Below, piece after piece: positions 22,641 through 51,170 of a stretch of 64,000 bases of DNA. This DNA is from Felis catus (Eukaryota). The DNA is taken from contig NC_058369.1 in the NCBI RefSeq assembly GCF_018350175.1, positions 8,000,001 through 8,064,000 on the forward strand, read 5' to 3'. Made by a program: the position numbers and the translations under genes. Position 1 is the stretch's first letter. Every line of letters starts with the position of its first letter. The notes below the pieces were generated by a model. The model saw nothing but the letters and a program-made list of their open reading frames with translations, did not search any database and was not told where the DNA came from.

Positions 22641-23404
22641 CAGTAGTTTTATTGAAAAGAGTGCCACCCTTACCCACCAAAATAATTCACATGTCTGTGG
22701 ATTCACATCCTTCGAGAGACCATCTTTTTTTCTTTGTAACTGGGGAGGGGAAAAGAATGCTTTTGGGAGAAGGAAACATACTGCACGCTGTTAAGAAAAA
22801 AAAAAAATCCAGGGCTTCCCCATGGGGATACGTGGGAGGGTCGCCCCTCCTGCCCCTGCCCCAACCAGGTGTGGAAGATTTCCTAAGCTTACTTCGTCTC
22901 CTGCTTGTTGCCTGAAGAGCATGTTGGGAAGAGGGTTTGGTAATTCCCACCTGGAGTCATGATACACGCTTAACTGTTATGTCCTCTCACAGGCAGATTT
23001 TAAAACCTTTCTATCGGTTCATCCAAGAGTTGGTGAAATTCCTCCTTTAATATATTACATTTGCGGTTTTTCAGTTGATGAAGCATCTTCCCGCAAAGTC
23101 ACCTTTTATCCTTACTGTTTGCACCTCTTGGGCATAGCTAGTGTTGCCATTTCCTTTTTGATAACAGCTCTGAACAGGTAGATAATTTACCAGAGGATCC
23201 CACAGCTGCGAGGTTGGGGAGCCCAGTTGGATGCAAACGTGGGGCTTCTGTCTCCCAAGACCCATGAATGCTCTACAGTACCAGTGAGCCTGGACTCCTG
23301 GGTCTCGTGGGAGGCCAGTGGAGTTTCAGAAACATTTTGGAGAAAAATTTGTGTTTGTCAGCTTTATATTTAGTCAAGGAAAGTATCTTTTTTTCCCTTT
23401 CTTT

Positions 23405-23574
23405 TTGTTTCTGTTTATTTTGAGAGGGAGCGTGAGCGGGAGGTGTGGGGTGGGGGTGGGGGGGCAGAGAGAGAATCCTAAGCAGGCTCTGCCCTCGATC
23501 TCATGAACTGCAAGATCATGACCTGAGCCGAAATCAAGAGTCAGATGCTCAACTGACTAAGCTACCCAGGCACC
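23405..23574 (-). mobile_element. CAN-SINE
   Basis: Consensus match. Confidence 0.85.
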
Positions 23575-25384
23575 CAAAAAATATGTTTTTAATTAGCATA
23601 CAACATCTCCTTTTTTTCATGAGAGAAAAGGACATTTTTTAAAAATTGAAACTATTTGTGGAAATCATTATCCCTGACTTTACACCTCCCTGTGGACCAG
23701 TAAAAAACACTGTTGCAGACAGAATTGGGAACCACTGCACCAGCGTTCAGATCTGTGTTGGATTTTCAGATTTCTCCGAGTGGCATCCATAACCAGATTT
23801 TAGGTTGGCATCTTTTGGCTGGGTTGCTTTGTTAAAATTATTTTTCACGTGTCCTTGATGATGTCAATCTGTAAAGGTTTGCAGAGTCACTGAAGAGTAG
23901 CATGTGTATGTCATTTCACTTCATGCTCCAGGATAGGATAGCTCTGGAGATGGGGAAACCAGGAGCTGGGGTTTGGATCCTTTCAAAGCTTAATCCATTC
24001 AGTCTTTTAGATGAGCATCCGCTTCAGGACAATTCCCCGGAGTTGCTGGAATAGCTGTAGGACTTTGTGAAATAGATAGTTGGGGCTATACCTGTTGCGG
24101 TGTTGCCACTGCACCTGTTCATTCATTTTACAGACTAACTTGGGCATGTGTCTTTTTCAGCAGCAAGTGCCGTGCGTGGAATTCTAATTAGCAAGAGGTC
24201 AGCACGTTGCAAGCCAAAGGTTTTGTGGTTTAAACTTCTGTAACTCTGCATGCTGTGAGTGGGCTGGATTTGAGAAGGAAAAAAACCCTGATCCCTTCGT
24301 GTTAGAACATCCCCAGCTACCCAGAGTTCATGTTTAAAATTCTGATTCTCCACTCCACCTGTTCCTCGCTTGGATTTCTTTTCAGAGGAGCTGGGCTGGT
24401 AAAAAGCCAGGCTTCCTTGTGCCTTGCTGTTGAATCATAAAGGTGGTTGCAGGAGCAGCTTCTGTTTAAAGTTTGGTTGGCAGGGGCCAGTGGAGTGTTG
24501 GCTGTAGGCAAGCAGGTGGGTGTTGTGGACCTCTTGCCAACAGTGTTCTTTGCTAAAAATCTTGAAAAGGAGGTTCCTGTTCACCCAGAAGACCTCTCTG
24601 TCTGTTAAAGAGAGGGATTCCCTGGTATTCAAGACTAGAGCGGCTAGCTTCTGAAAAGCTGGCTTGGATGACAGGTCTGGGTTCGCATAGAGACCAGGGA
24701 GGCCAGATTTGTTGGCCTGCAAAGGAACATTGTCTCCAGTTTTTCAGCATTTGTTTTAGTTCACATAATCAGTGCTCTTACTTTCTTTGTCCCCCTGGAT
24801 CAGGAGGCATCACCACCAAGGTCTGGTCTAAGGGAGGAGGGCCTGGGGGTGAGTGTTCCACAGATGGGCCAGGTGGGGTGCTCAGGGCCAGCCACACAGC
24901 CCAGTGAGTCTCTTCAGGGATTCATTCTGGGGCCTGCCTCTTGGAGCAGAGGAAGATCAAGAGATGCAGCCGCTTGCGACAGAGGCACACCCACGTTCTT
25001 AGTTTTAACAGTGAAGGCAGCGGATGGAGACCTACATGCGGGACAGTCGATGAAATCGGGTGCATTTGGGGGCGTACGCGTGTCCTTGAGGTACTTTTGA
25101 CGGGCTGGGTTTTTTCGTTTGTTTTTTTCTGTTTTTTGTCACAACATCTTTTTACCCAGGGGTACAAGAATGATTTTTCTACTCCCAGTGTCTATCAGGT
25201 GGCATTTGTTCTTACAGCGATTCCCTACGTCCACTGTGGAAAATCACCATTTCCAGAGTAGGAAGTTGGGATATACACCTCTGCACTGGTGGCAAAGTAG
25301 GGTTTGGTTTTGTTTTTTTTTTAAGTATCGTTACGGACTCAAGCTTTTCCATGCATTTAATGTGCTGAATCAATTTAGGTTTTT

Positions 25385-25571
25385 TTGTTTTGTTTTGTTT
25401 TGTTTTAATTTTTTTGAAAGTTTGTTTATTTTTGAGAGAGAGAGGGAGACACAGAATCTGAGGCAGGCTCCAGGATCTGAGCTGTCAGCACAGAGCCCGA
25501 ACTCACGAACCGCGAGATCATGACCTGAGCCAAAGTCGGATGCTTAACCAACTGAGCCATCCAGGCGCCCC
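25385..25571 (-). mobile_element. CAN-SINE
   Basis: Consensus match. Confidence 0.9.
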
Positions 25572-26730
25572 TTAGATTGTTTATTTTTAATATCTCATGA
25601 AAATTCTCAAACATATACCGAAGGTGACATGGTTTTACAGTGAACAGCCACCTGTATATAAAGCTCAGGTTCTGCCGTTGACATTTGACTATACTTTTGT
25701 TTCACACATCTCTTCCTTTGTTCTGGTCATCCTTCGGCCCACATTTATTTATGCATTTATCGAGTTTCTTTGACGTCTAATCCACTTTACTTTTATGATG
25801 CATTTCAAAGTAGCAAAAAATTACAGTCCTCCATCTGAATATTAACTAGAGTCCAGTATTTATTTACAGCCTCCTTTTTTTTCTTTTGAAGTAACGTACA
25901 CGTCTTGAGACTACCATTCAAGTAGTTTTGACCACTGAATATACCAACTCCTACCAAGATATAGACCGTGATCATCACCCCGAAAGCGCCCATCCCAGGT
26001 GTGCCTGCCACCATCTGCCTAATGCAGCTGCTGAATAGTTTTGCCTGTTCTAGAACTTCGTGCAGGTGGAAGCATTTTATGTTTGTTTTGTTTTTTGTAA
26101 TCCATTGCCCCAGATGTGGCCAGTGGGAGTCTTCACAAGTCAGCTCCTTGTTCTTTGGATGACCTGCATTAGTGTCTGAGTGCCTCTTTGCTTTCTGACG
26201 CTGCAAATGACCCCGGCTCACGCAGTTTCTGTGTTAGGTGCAGGCCAACCTTTTCTCTGGGGAGCTCGTTTTAGTAAGGTGGACACTGTCGGTCCTACAA
26301 AACCCTAAATAAAAGGGTCACAGCCACCTGAAACCATGGTTTAAGTTGTTACTTTTTAAGTTTCTGCATTTGATGTTTTTGTGATGGAGGAGGAGTGTAC
26401 CGTGAAGAGATAGTCCGTGTGGAGTGAAGCCTCGGCTCCTGGCACCTGGCTGGGCTTGGAAGGAAGGCGATTCTTTACCTTGCATCGCCCACTGGGCCCA
26501 GAGGGGCAAGGCATTTGTCTGCCATGCCTGTCACCATTCTAGCGTGGAGGTGCACACTGAGTACTTGTTGAGTAAATAAATCAGGTTTTAAACCTACCAG
26601 CTGTCACTGTGAGGTCAATGAGGTTCCAGCATAGGTATGGCCAGGAGTGGGGGCCGTTCGACATGGCCATTTTACCATCAGGCTGTGAGCTCTCTAATGG
26701 TCTGCTTTCTCGGTTTAGAACTGAGTTTCT

Positions 26731-27160
26731 GGGAGCGCCTGGGTGGCTCAGTCAGTTAAGTGTTTGACTTTGGCTCAGGTCACGATCTCGAGGTTCCTGA
26801 GTTCAGGCCCTGTGTCGGGTTCTGTGCCAACAGCTCAGAGCCGGGAACCTGCTTCCGATTCCGATTCCGATTCTCTCTCTGCCCCTCCCCTGCTCATGCT
26901 CTCTTTCTCTCTCTCTCAGAAATCAATAACGGTGCCTGGGTGGCTTAGTCGGTTAAGCATCCGACTTCAGCTCAGGTCATGATCTCGCAGTTTGTGGGGT
27001 TGAGCCCCACGTCAGGCTCTGTGCTGACAGCTCAGAGCCTGGAGTCTGCTTTAGATTCTGTGTCTCCCTCTCTCTCTCTGCCCCTCCCCTGCTCATGCGC
27101 GCGCGCTCTCTCTCAAAAATAAAAAATTTTTAAACCAATAAATAATAAAAAAATTAAAAA
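26731..27160 (+). mobile_element. Two tandem CAN-SINEs (26731-26929, 26931-27160)
   Basis: Two heads and tails; outer TSD-like agaactgagtttct/agaactaggtttct. Confidence 0.92.
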
Positions 27161-27199
27161 GAACTAGGTTTCTAGAGCTTTGGTTGAATTTTTGTGTTT

Positions 27200-27404
27200 A
27201 AAAAAATTTTTTTTAATGTTTATTTTTGAGAGAGAGAGTGGGAGCGAGGGAGGGGCAGAGAGAAAGAGGAAGAGACGGAATCTGAAGCAGGCTCCAGGCT
27301 CTGAGCTGTCAGCACAGCCCGACGTGGGGCTCGAACTCACTGAGCCATGAGATCATGACCTGAGCTGAAGTAGGACGCTCAGCTGACTGAGCCACCCAGG
27401 CGCT
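27200..27404 (-). mobile_element. CAN-SINE with TSD ggttgaattttt
   Basis: Consensus match, flanking direct repeat. Confidence 0.92.
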
Positions 27405-28813
27405 CAGGTTGAATTTTTAGATGACCTTCCATGGCTGTACTTTTGTGGGAGGACTTAAGTACATTCTGCAGTTAAAGAAAACTGTTATGGAAGTTTTCAG
27501 ACCTCGTAGGTGAATGAATCCAGGCATACCCATCCCCCAGCTTCGACAGCTATCAGCATTTTGCCATCTTGTTTTATTTTTCTCCCCATCACCACTGTCT
27601 GCCTTACTGGAGTATTTTAGGGCGAATATCAGGCATGTACTTTCAACCATCAATTTGTCTTAAATATGTATCTAACATTAGTAAAGCATTCTTTTTGAGC
27701 ACGACCTTGATACCATTTGTTCCTCACTGAACGAATGATAATTCCTTCATGTAGGATGCACTTCTGACTGTACGTCACTCATCACTTAGCCCCACAGCAG
27801 CCTGGCAAACAGAGATCCTGTTGGTAGAGAAAGTCGGTGCCATTTTGAAGGGTCCACGGCGTTTGTGCTGCGTGTTTTCCGTAGGTTGACTTGTTGCATG
27901 TTTACCCCCCTTCCGAGGTGCAGGGGCCGCATCCAGGTCCAGGGGAAACTTCAGGGCCTGCGGCTAGTGGCTGGGCGGGCAGGGTTTTAAGTCCAGGTCT
28001 GTGTGGGAGCTCCCACTTGGTGGTGACTGAGTGATTTACCAAGGGCATCGTGGAAACTGGCCTCCACTCCTCCCCTGCCCCCCAAAGAAGCCCTTGACCC
28101 CCACTTGTCCTCTTGCATAGCTCTCGTTCCACCCTTCGATTTTATAGTTCCACTTTGAAACCTACAAATTTGCAATTAGATCGTTAGGTAGTCCTGAAGT
28201 GTTGTGGGAAATTCTTGTTTTGGCCAGTCATGTCCAAGTTTATCCTTGAAGCGTGTGCCTTTCCACAAGGTGGAGACTGCTGCCCTGGCTGGTAACTGGC
28301 TTCGATCGAAGGGGCTGGCTGTTTTGTGGTTGGATGGGATGGGTGGATTCATCTGTTGTGTATCATTGTGATGGATTTTCTGTGTTGTTCACTCACTTGG
28401 AAGATGTCAGTGTGGACCAGACTGTTTGCACAGAGTAGGAATGAGTAGGTTGTCGTCAGCATGTTATTTAGAGCCCCAAATGGTAATTACAGCTATGCCT
28501 GTTCTAAAGACTCCTGTTGTGCACTTGAGTTCTCTTGGTCTCTTCAAAATTTAAACCACGGAGGGGGGCACGTGGTGCAGTGGTCACATCCCCCTGATGT
28601 TTCAGAAGGTTCTTGCCTTTCTGGTTGACAGACACCCTTTGGGTCTCTTAGTCCCCTGCTTTCCTTCCATTTCTTCATGACCCTCAAAGACCAGAGCTCC
28701 TTCCCTCTCTTTTCCTTCTCCAAACACCAGGATTTTGCTGAGTATTTGTATTGTTACCATTTATTGGAGGCGTGTTAAGTTTTTTTTATATTTGTGAAAA
28801 GTGACATACTTTA

Positions 28814-29445
28814 GGGGTGCCTGGGTGGCTCAGTCAGGTGAGCATCTGACTCTTGATTTTGGTTCAGGTCATGATCTTGCGGTTTGCGGGATCGAGTCCT
28901 ATGTTGGGCTCCTCGCCAACAGCATGTAGCCAGCTTGGGATTCCCTCTCTGTTTGCCCCCCCATCCCGCTCATGATCTCGCTCTTTTTAATATTTTTGTA
29001 ATATTTATTTTTCGAGAGAGGAGAGTGTGCTGCCCGCAAGCCAGGGAGAGACAGAGGGAGAGGGAGACTGAGGATCTGAAGAGGGCTCCATGCTGACACC
29101 AGAGAGCCTGTTGTGGGCTCGAACCCATGAACTCTGCAATATCATGACCCGAGCCAAAATCGGGTGCTTAACTGACTGTCCCCCCCTTTCAAAATAAATA
29201 AACATTTAAAAAAAATCGGGAATACTGGGGCACCTAGATGGCTCAGTTGGTTAAGTGTCTGAGTACAGCTCGGATTGGGTCGTGATCTTGCAGTTTGTGG
29301 ATTTGAGCCCCGCAGTGGGCTCTCTGCTGTCAGCAAGGAGCCAGGTTCAGATCCTCAGTCCCCCTATCTCTCTGCCCACCCCCCCCCGCCCCCGCTTGTG
29401 CACGTGTGCTCCCTTTCTCTCTCTTTCAAAATAAATAAATGAACT
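28814..29445. mobile_element. CAN-SINE cluster: + copy (28814-29215) interrupted by a - copy (~28984-29180), then a + copy (29228-29445)
   Basis: Heads and tails in alternating orientation. Confidence 0.85.
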
Positions 29446-29751
29446 TTGACAAAATCTAGCATACTTTACATTAAAAAATAAAAGTAAAAGATGAAAGAAG
29501 ATGAAATAGAAATCCTCTAGATGTGGGTAGAGTTGGATTCTGAAACCAGCTGTTTTCATTTTTAGGGAATTTTATAATTAGTTTGTGCCTCGGCTTACCA
29601 GCGGTTACCTGGAAATAAGGATGTGTCCTGCTGTGTTAACAGGGCCCCTCACGTGGCAGCACCACTGTCTTTCATCCTGCTCAGTATCTGACTGCTACAA
29701 TTCATCCGTGTATGAAATACTTGAAACTAAAATGATTTTCTGATCTTATAG

Positions 29752-29847
29752 ATAGTTGAAGTATTGATAACACCAAGGAAATCTGTCACAGTTTGAAAAG
29801 ATAAGCAAACATTTGATTTCCAGACACTACAGAAAAAAGAAGTAAAA

Positions 29848-29850
<3 letters not shown>
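29752..29850 (+). other. ILF3: ILF3 exon 2 (5'UTR plus the ATG only, 29848-29850)
   Basis: gtaaaaATG|gtaagt; acceptor at 29752 or 29756. Confidence 0.88.
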
Positions 29851-45488
<15,638 letters not shown>

Positions 45489-46006
45489 AGCCCCCCGAGG
45501 GGTGAAGATTTGTACCTTCTGCACTTCCCCCTCGTCGTAAGATTCAGTTTTATGCATCACAGTTAACATGTCAGCTGGCCCCTCCAGGCCCCCTCGCCCC
45601 AACCTGTCCACATTGCTGTGTTGTGCGGTGCAGCTGGTCACTCCCGTGACCCGTCCTGTGACCCTTATTTAGCTGTGTTTGGGACTTCCGTGTCTTCGAT
45701 GGTTTGTTAGTTGCCATTACAACTTTGTCTGAGTAGAGTTTGAGTTCTTACAGTTAAGTATCCCTCTGTCTATTTACAATTGGTGTTAGCGTTAACTCAG
45801 TTTGTCTTTAAATAGCTCCAGAAGGGATACATCATCTGTTAATGCTTTTGTGAAGTGAGTTAAACAAGCTTTCTGTATTTTAATGCTTTAGTGTTTCAGT
45901 TTTATAAGTGAAGATTTTATTTTAAAAACCAGTGGGAAAGAGTGGGGTTTTTTTTGTATGTCTGGATCATTCAGGCAGTACATCTGAATTAAGCTGAATG
46001 TAGACA

Positions 46007-46012
46007 AATAAA
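46007..46012 (+). terminator. ILF3: NF110 polyadenylation signal AATAAA
   Basis: First AATAAA after the NF110 stop. Confidence 0.85.
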
Positions 46013-47529
46013 AGAAAAAGAAAACTCTGCGCCCGTCGTAGGCCTGGGTGTCTGACCCACCAGCAGTGTGATGGGCAGGTTCCCCCACTGTTCCCAGCAT
46101 GGGAATGCGGGGCGGGGGTGGCAGGACAGCCCCTCGTCACCCAAGGGCCCAGTTCCAGGCCTCTCGATGCCTTCACTCCAAGGTTGGCCAGGGCCAGCAA
46201 CCCGGTAACACGGGGTCTTGTTTTGTCAGTGTCCCGGGGGGCTCCAGGTGGTCTGCAGAGTGGCCTACGCTCCTGTTAGGGGTTTGCTCCCACAAGTCAG
46301 CATGCTTGCTTTCTTGCCCCGTGAATTCTGGCGTAGCTTTAAGTACAGTTTCATGTCACCGTGGAGTGGAACCTACATAGGTTTGGTACGTGTAACCCAA
46401 CTTGCAAAAGGCCAGTTGAATCTGGCTAAAGCACCCCAAGATCTGGGAAGCCCAGCCTGGAACCTTCTCTTGTCTGGATGGTGTGGTTTTGTGTCCCCAA
46501 CAGCTGCAGCCTCGTGGTGCTGCCCCCCGCCCAGAGGTTCCGAGTGTGCAGGCGGGGTTCCTTCTAGCCGCCCAGCCCTGTTCTAACAGGTTTCCCTGGA
46601 GTGGTGCATCTCAATCAGGCAGTTTTGCATTGCGGGACGTTTGTCACCTAGTGGGCGGGGGCCAAGGATGCTACTGACCGCTCTGCTTAAGTGTCAGACA
46701 CGTGGAGGTGGAGAAACCTGCCCTGAGAGCAGCCTTTCCCCACTCTGGCCCTGCCCCAGGGGGTGGGCGGGGGCGGCACTGTCCTTGCCTTTGCCCAGGC
46801 TTCGACTCTGTCTGGGAAGAGCCTCTCCAGTGAGTCTGGGCTGCACGTCTGCAGGGACCCTTCTCCTCTTCCCATCTCTCTGCTATCCCTCAGACCAGGC
46901 ATCATTCGAATTCTGAACTGCAGGCAGTCCTTGGCCTCCTGTGCTTGATGAACCATAGCCTTGGGGAGAAGAGCAAACCATTCTCGATTCAGAACTCCTC
47001 AGCTGAGGCAGAAAATCCAGTGTGCCTTCAAAGGATGAAGATTCGCCTTGGAGAGGTGGAAGAAAGGTGTTCTGCACTTAAAAAGAAAAAAAATATGGGA
47101 AGAATTTGGCCTTCTGCTGGAGCAGAGGAGGACCCAGATACCAGTGGTCCAGCGTGGGGAGAGGGAGGGATGGTGTGATGCCCACCCAAGAGGCAGTCCA
47201 CAGTGCAAGCACCAGGGTGGCCTGCAGTACACCGGATGTGTGTGTGCATGTGCACTAATAGAGACGAGAGACAGGCCTTAGGGATGGGTCCCAACACAGA
47301 CTTCGATGGGATATGATATGTCCATGACCCATCTCTCCTGGACACCTCCAGGGGCTGGGAAAAGGAGATCATTGGGACCCTGTGTTGAAATGAGAAGATC
47401 CAGGCTGTGGGTGGGGCCTGCACCACTCCGGAACCCACGGGGAAGAACGTCCCCCCGCCCCACCTCCGGATGCCTTCAAGCTATGGGCCTGTATTCTCAG
47501 CTCAGGTTTCCTCGCCATCAGTTTCCCAA

Positions 47530-48080
47530 GCAGTGACCACCACCACATTGAAGTTTCTGAATGTAGACCCTTCACAAGGGCAAGAATCTCGAAGGCATTG
47601 GAGAAAACTCCCAGGCCACCTTGATGTGGAGACCTCAGGGAGCTGTTACTTGGTGCCATGTTCTTGTGAAAAACGGCAGATCTCCAGGTTGCTGGTCGCT
47701 GAGGAATGCTGGTCCGAGTCCCTGGGCCTGGCCTGAGTGCTCCCAAAGCCAGGACAAGTGTTACTGACCTGAGAGACTTTCGTTGCCAAGGAGAAAGCAG
47801 TATCTGAGAAGCAGGATCTTTCCTTGTTTCATCTAGTTTCTGGTGACTTCTGGGCATTCCTTGGCTTGTGACTGCATTCCTCCAGTCTCTGCCTCCACCT
47901 TCACATGACCTCCCTGAGAGCCTCTTAATGTCTCAGATCTCCTTCTTACAAGGACACCAATCCTTGGATTTCAGGTCCACCCTAATCGTGGGTGAGCACA
48001 TCCCAAGATCCTTCACATTCATAGGTATTGGCACTTAGGAGTTGGATGTATGTTTTTGGGAGAACATTATTCAACAGCCT
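47530..48080. mobile_element. MaLR (MLT1-like) LTR relic
   Basis: tctagtttctggtgacttctgggcattccttggcttgtg...ctccagtctctgcctccaccttcacatg...aaggacaccaatc. Confidence 0.6.
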
Positions 48081-50699
48081 GCAAAAGCATTGGGTGAAGA
48101 CTTCATCCCATGCTGCTAGAACAGCCCTGGGAGTTTGTTGACCACAGCCAGGATCACCACGGTCAGCATGGCCAGTGCCTGTCCTGAAGCGACAGCTCAT
48201 GAGCACACGTGCCTTGGCATCCCAACTGCTTGGGGACTTCATTGGTGCTAATGGCACTGTGGTGTAGCCGACCAGGAACAGTATCTCCGCCTTCAGGACT
48301 GCCACCCCAGGGAGCTGGGTTCAGGAAGGTGTGGCTGACACCATGAGCATGGAGAAGACCTGGGTGCTGGCCTGTCACCCATTCAAAGCTGATCGAATCC
48401 TTTCCAGCCTGCTGCCCTCCAAGCCCAGGAAGCCAGCCTGGAGGAGGTTCTCAGATGCTTCTCTGGGTCCTCCTCAGCCAGGGACACGGTAGGCAACAGA
48501 GAGATGCTTCGGTCCGCGTGCTGCCAGAGAGGATGGTGACACACGTCTTTCAGTCACCAGTGGAGATCACCAGGAGCATCAGCAGGAAGAGCCAGTGGGC
48601 CCACAAGCTTAGCAAGTTGATCAGGATAGGGTTATTTGGTGGATAGACCATGAGTGTCAGGGACCTGGGACTGGACACCACCCCAGAGGGCTCAGGATGC
48701 TTTTGGAGGGAGGAAAGGAGAAAGACCTCTACTGAGGGAACAGCTGGCCGTGTGTGGTGGGCTGAGGTGACGTCACAGGGGCAGAGCTTTGCAGGGATTT
48801 TCAGATGATCCCACGGGGAGGTGTGGGGTGGTTGAGACCTAGGACCAAAGGGGCCCTCTAAGCAGTAGTGGGGCACATCCAGTATTTCCACCTTTCTGCA
48901 TTGAGCAGAATCACTAGGGTCCTGGTTGTCCCTCTGGAGTGGGGTCCAGTCTCACCTGGAAGTCAACACCCAGCTGCCTCCACTCTGGCAGGGAAACATG
49001 CACTGTTCCTCTGACCACTGACCGTTCTTGAGTGGTCAGCATGGCCTGTTCCGCCCCTAGGGACTGGCCTGGTCCAGCTGGGCTCAGCCTCAGGACTCAG
49101 TCAGTCTCCAGGTGTGAGCCCGCCCCACACTGTCTGTGCCCTTTGCAGGCCTCTCCTGAGACTTCTGGACACAATCTTGGGCCACCCACCAGCAAGCCTT
49201 GGCCTGGATACTCATTCTAACCCATCCCAGAATAAACGGAAACTTCATGTGTTCATTGTTGCATTCACTGCACATGTATTTATTGGGTATTGCTTATGTA
49301 TGGGTCCGGTAATAGGTGCTGAGAATATAGCAGAGTTGCTTGGATATCAGTCCTTTGCAAGGTGCTGGGAATATGAACCTGGACCCTGCTCTCCTGTGGC
49401 TTCCTGGTACCAAGAGGGCCCTGTCCTAGCTGGTGCAGGGAGTGCCGGGAAAGACCTGTGTTTTGAGACAGGACAGTTAAATGGAACCAGGTATGTTAGG
49501 GCGGGTGGGCACAGTTTATGCCATGCAGAGGAACACCGTGCACAGAAGTTCAGCTGGGTGGTGAGAGGGGACTTCAGAGAGATGAAGTCAGGCGAGCGAA
49601 GCATTCTTGTTGCAAGATGGTAAGTGTGGGGTTGCAAGATGGAGATGTCAGCGGGGGGCAACCAGTACAAGGCCTTGACAGCCAAGCAGTGGAATTCAGA
49701 CCTTTATCCTGAGGGCAGTGGGGAACCATGCATGGAAAGATTCTGAGCTGGGAAGAACCCAGGCTCAGTCATGCTTCAGAGCAGTCCTTTGTTGGGCAAA
49801 GAACAGGTGTGTGGGAGAGGTGAGAATGGAGGTCAGGTAACCAGCAAAGAGGCTTGATTGAATTTTGGGACGTCGGGGCTGAGGTTCAGGGCGGTTTAGG
49901 TGATAGTCTATTGGACTAGGTGAGGAAAGCCCTCTAGACCCGCAAGGGGTAATGACTGCAAGTTCCAGACAGAGCAGACTGGCCCAGAGAGGGGCATTGC
50001 GTTGCCTCGGGCCACAGGAAGTCGAGGGTCCCTACTCTGTTACCGTTACTGGGAGACAAACAGAAAAGTCTAAGGTGCCACCATGGAAGTCGTTCTCTGG
50101 GGGTCGTACGTCCTGGACCCATGCCCTTCCCAGCATTTCCCAAGAAGCTGGCAGCTAAGCTTAGCCTACTTGGCACCGGGCTGTTGCAGTGAGAATGTCA
50201 TGGAAAGATAGCCCTCATCCCTGGCTGGATAAACCAGAGAAAACAAACTCTGTCCTTCTAGGACAACCACCAACACCAGGCTCCAAGTAGCCTACTTCAA
50301 CGACAGAGGTATTCAACCCCCCCTTACTCCTCTTTCCAGAGGCTCTGCATTCCCCACTCTGTGCCCCAAAATCTCACGACTCCTGCTCTTCAGGGTCCCA
50401 AGGCTTCAGTAACCACTGTTTGAGGTTTTTGGGGGGCGTGTTTTTATTTTAAGAAGCCTTCACGCCTTCTGCGGAGCCAAAGTTGGGGCTTGAACCCACT
50501 AGCCTGAGATCCAGACCTGAGGTGAGATCAAGAGTAGGGCGCTTAACCGACTTGAGCCACCGAGGCGCTCCTCAGTACCAGCTTCTTAAGGCCAACTACC
50601 TAATTCCCGATTTTGGAGGCTTCCCTGGGCAGCTGTGGCGATCCCAGGAAAGGGGAAGTTAGATCTGCTGAGAACCCCCGCCAGCCAGCCAGGTCTCTC

Positions 50700-51170
50700 G
50701 AACCTGGGCAAGGGGCGCAGAAGCCGGCCCACTCTGGCCGCCGTGAACACGTCCTTTACCAAACCGCCTATTTGCCCTTAGGTCCGCCGGGTGCACACCG
50801 CTCGCCCCTCTTATGCCCATTCAGTAGGCACCGTTTGGAACAAAAAGTATTATACAGTCTGCAGTCACCGCCCTAAGACACCGCGCCCTTGTGAGGGAGA
50901 CCGCAAACTTCAATTGGATGCTGTTGCAGGCTCGGCCCACGACTACGCCCCAGAGGTGTCTCCCGCCGGGCGCTCACAGCTAGAGGCTGGAAAAAGGACG
51001 CTTTCCCAAAGCTCCGCCCTGAGCGCCCGCCGGAGCTTCCCTGGTCTCCCGGCAACGCGCGTGGCGCTGTCCAGCGTTCTGAAGCCGCGCTCCCAGCGCC
51101 TCTCAAATAGTGGCGGCCTTCTGGCGCCCCCCAGTCTTCCTTGCTGAGCCGCGCTGAAACCCCGTAAGCA
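50700..51170. promoter_or_regulatory. Intergenic CpG-rich island (enhancer- or promoter-like)
   Basis: Local CpG retention in non-repeat DNA, GC boxes, RFX-like GTCTCCCGGCAAC at 51044-51056. Confidence 0.5.
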
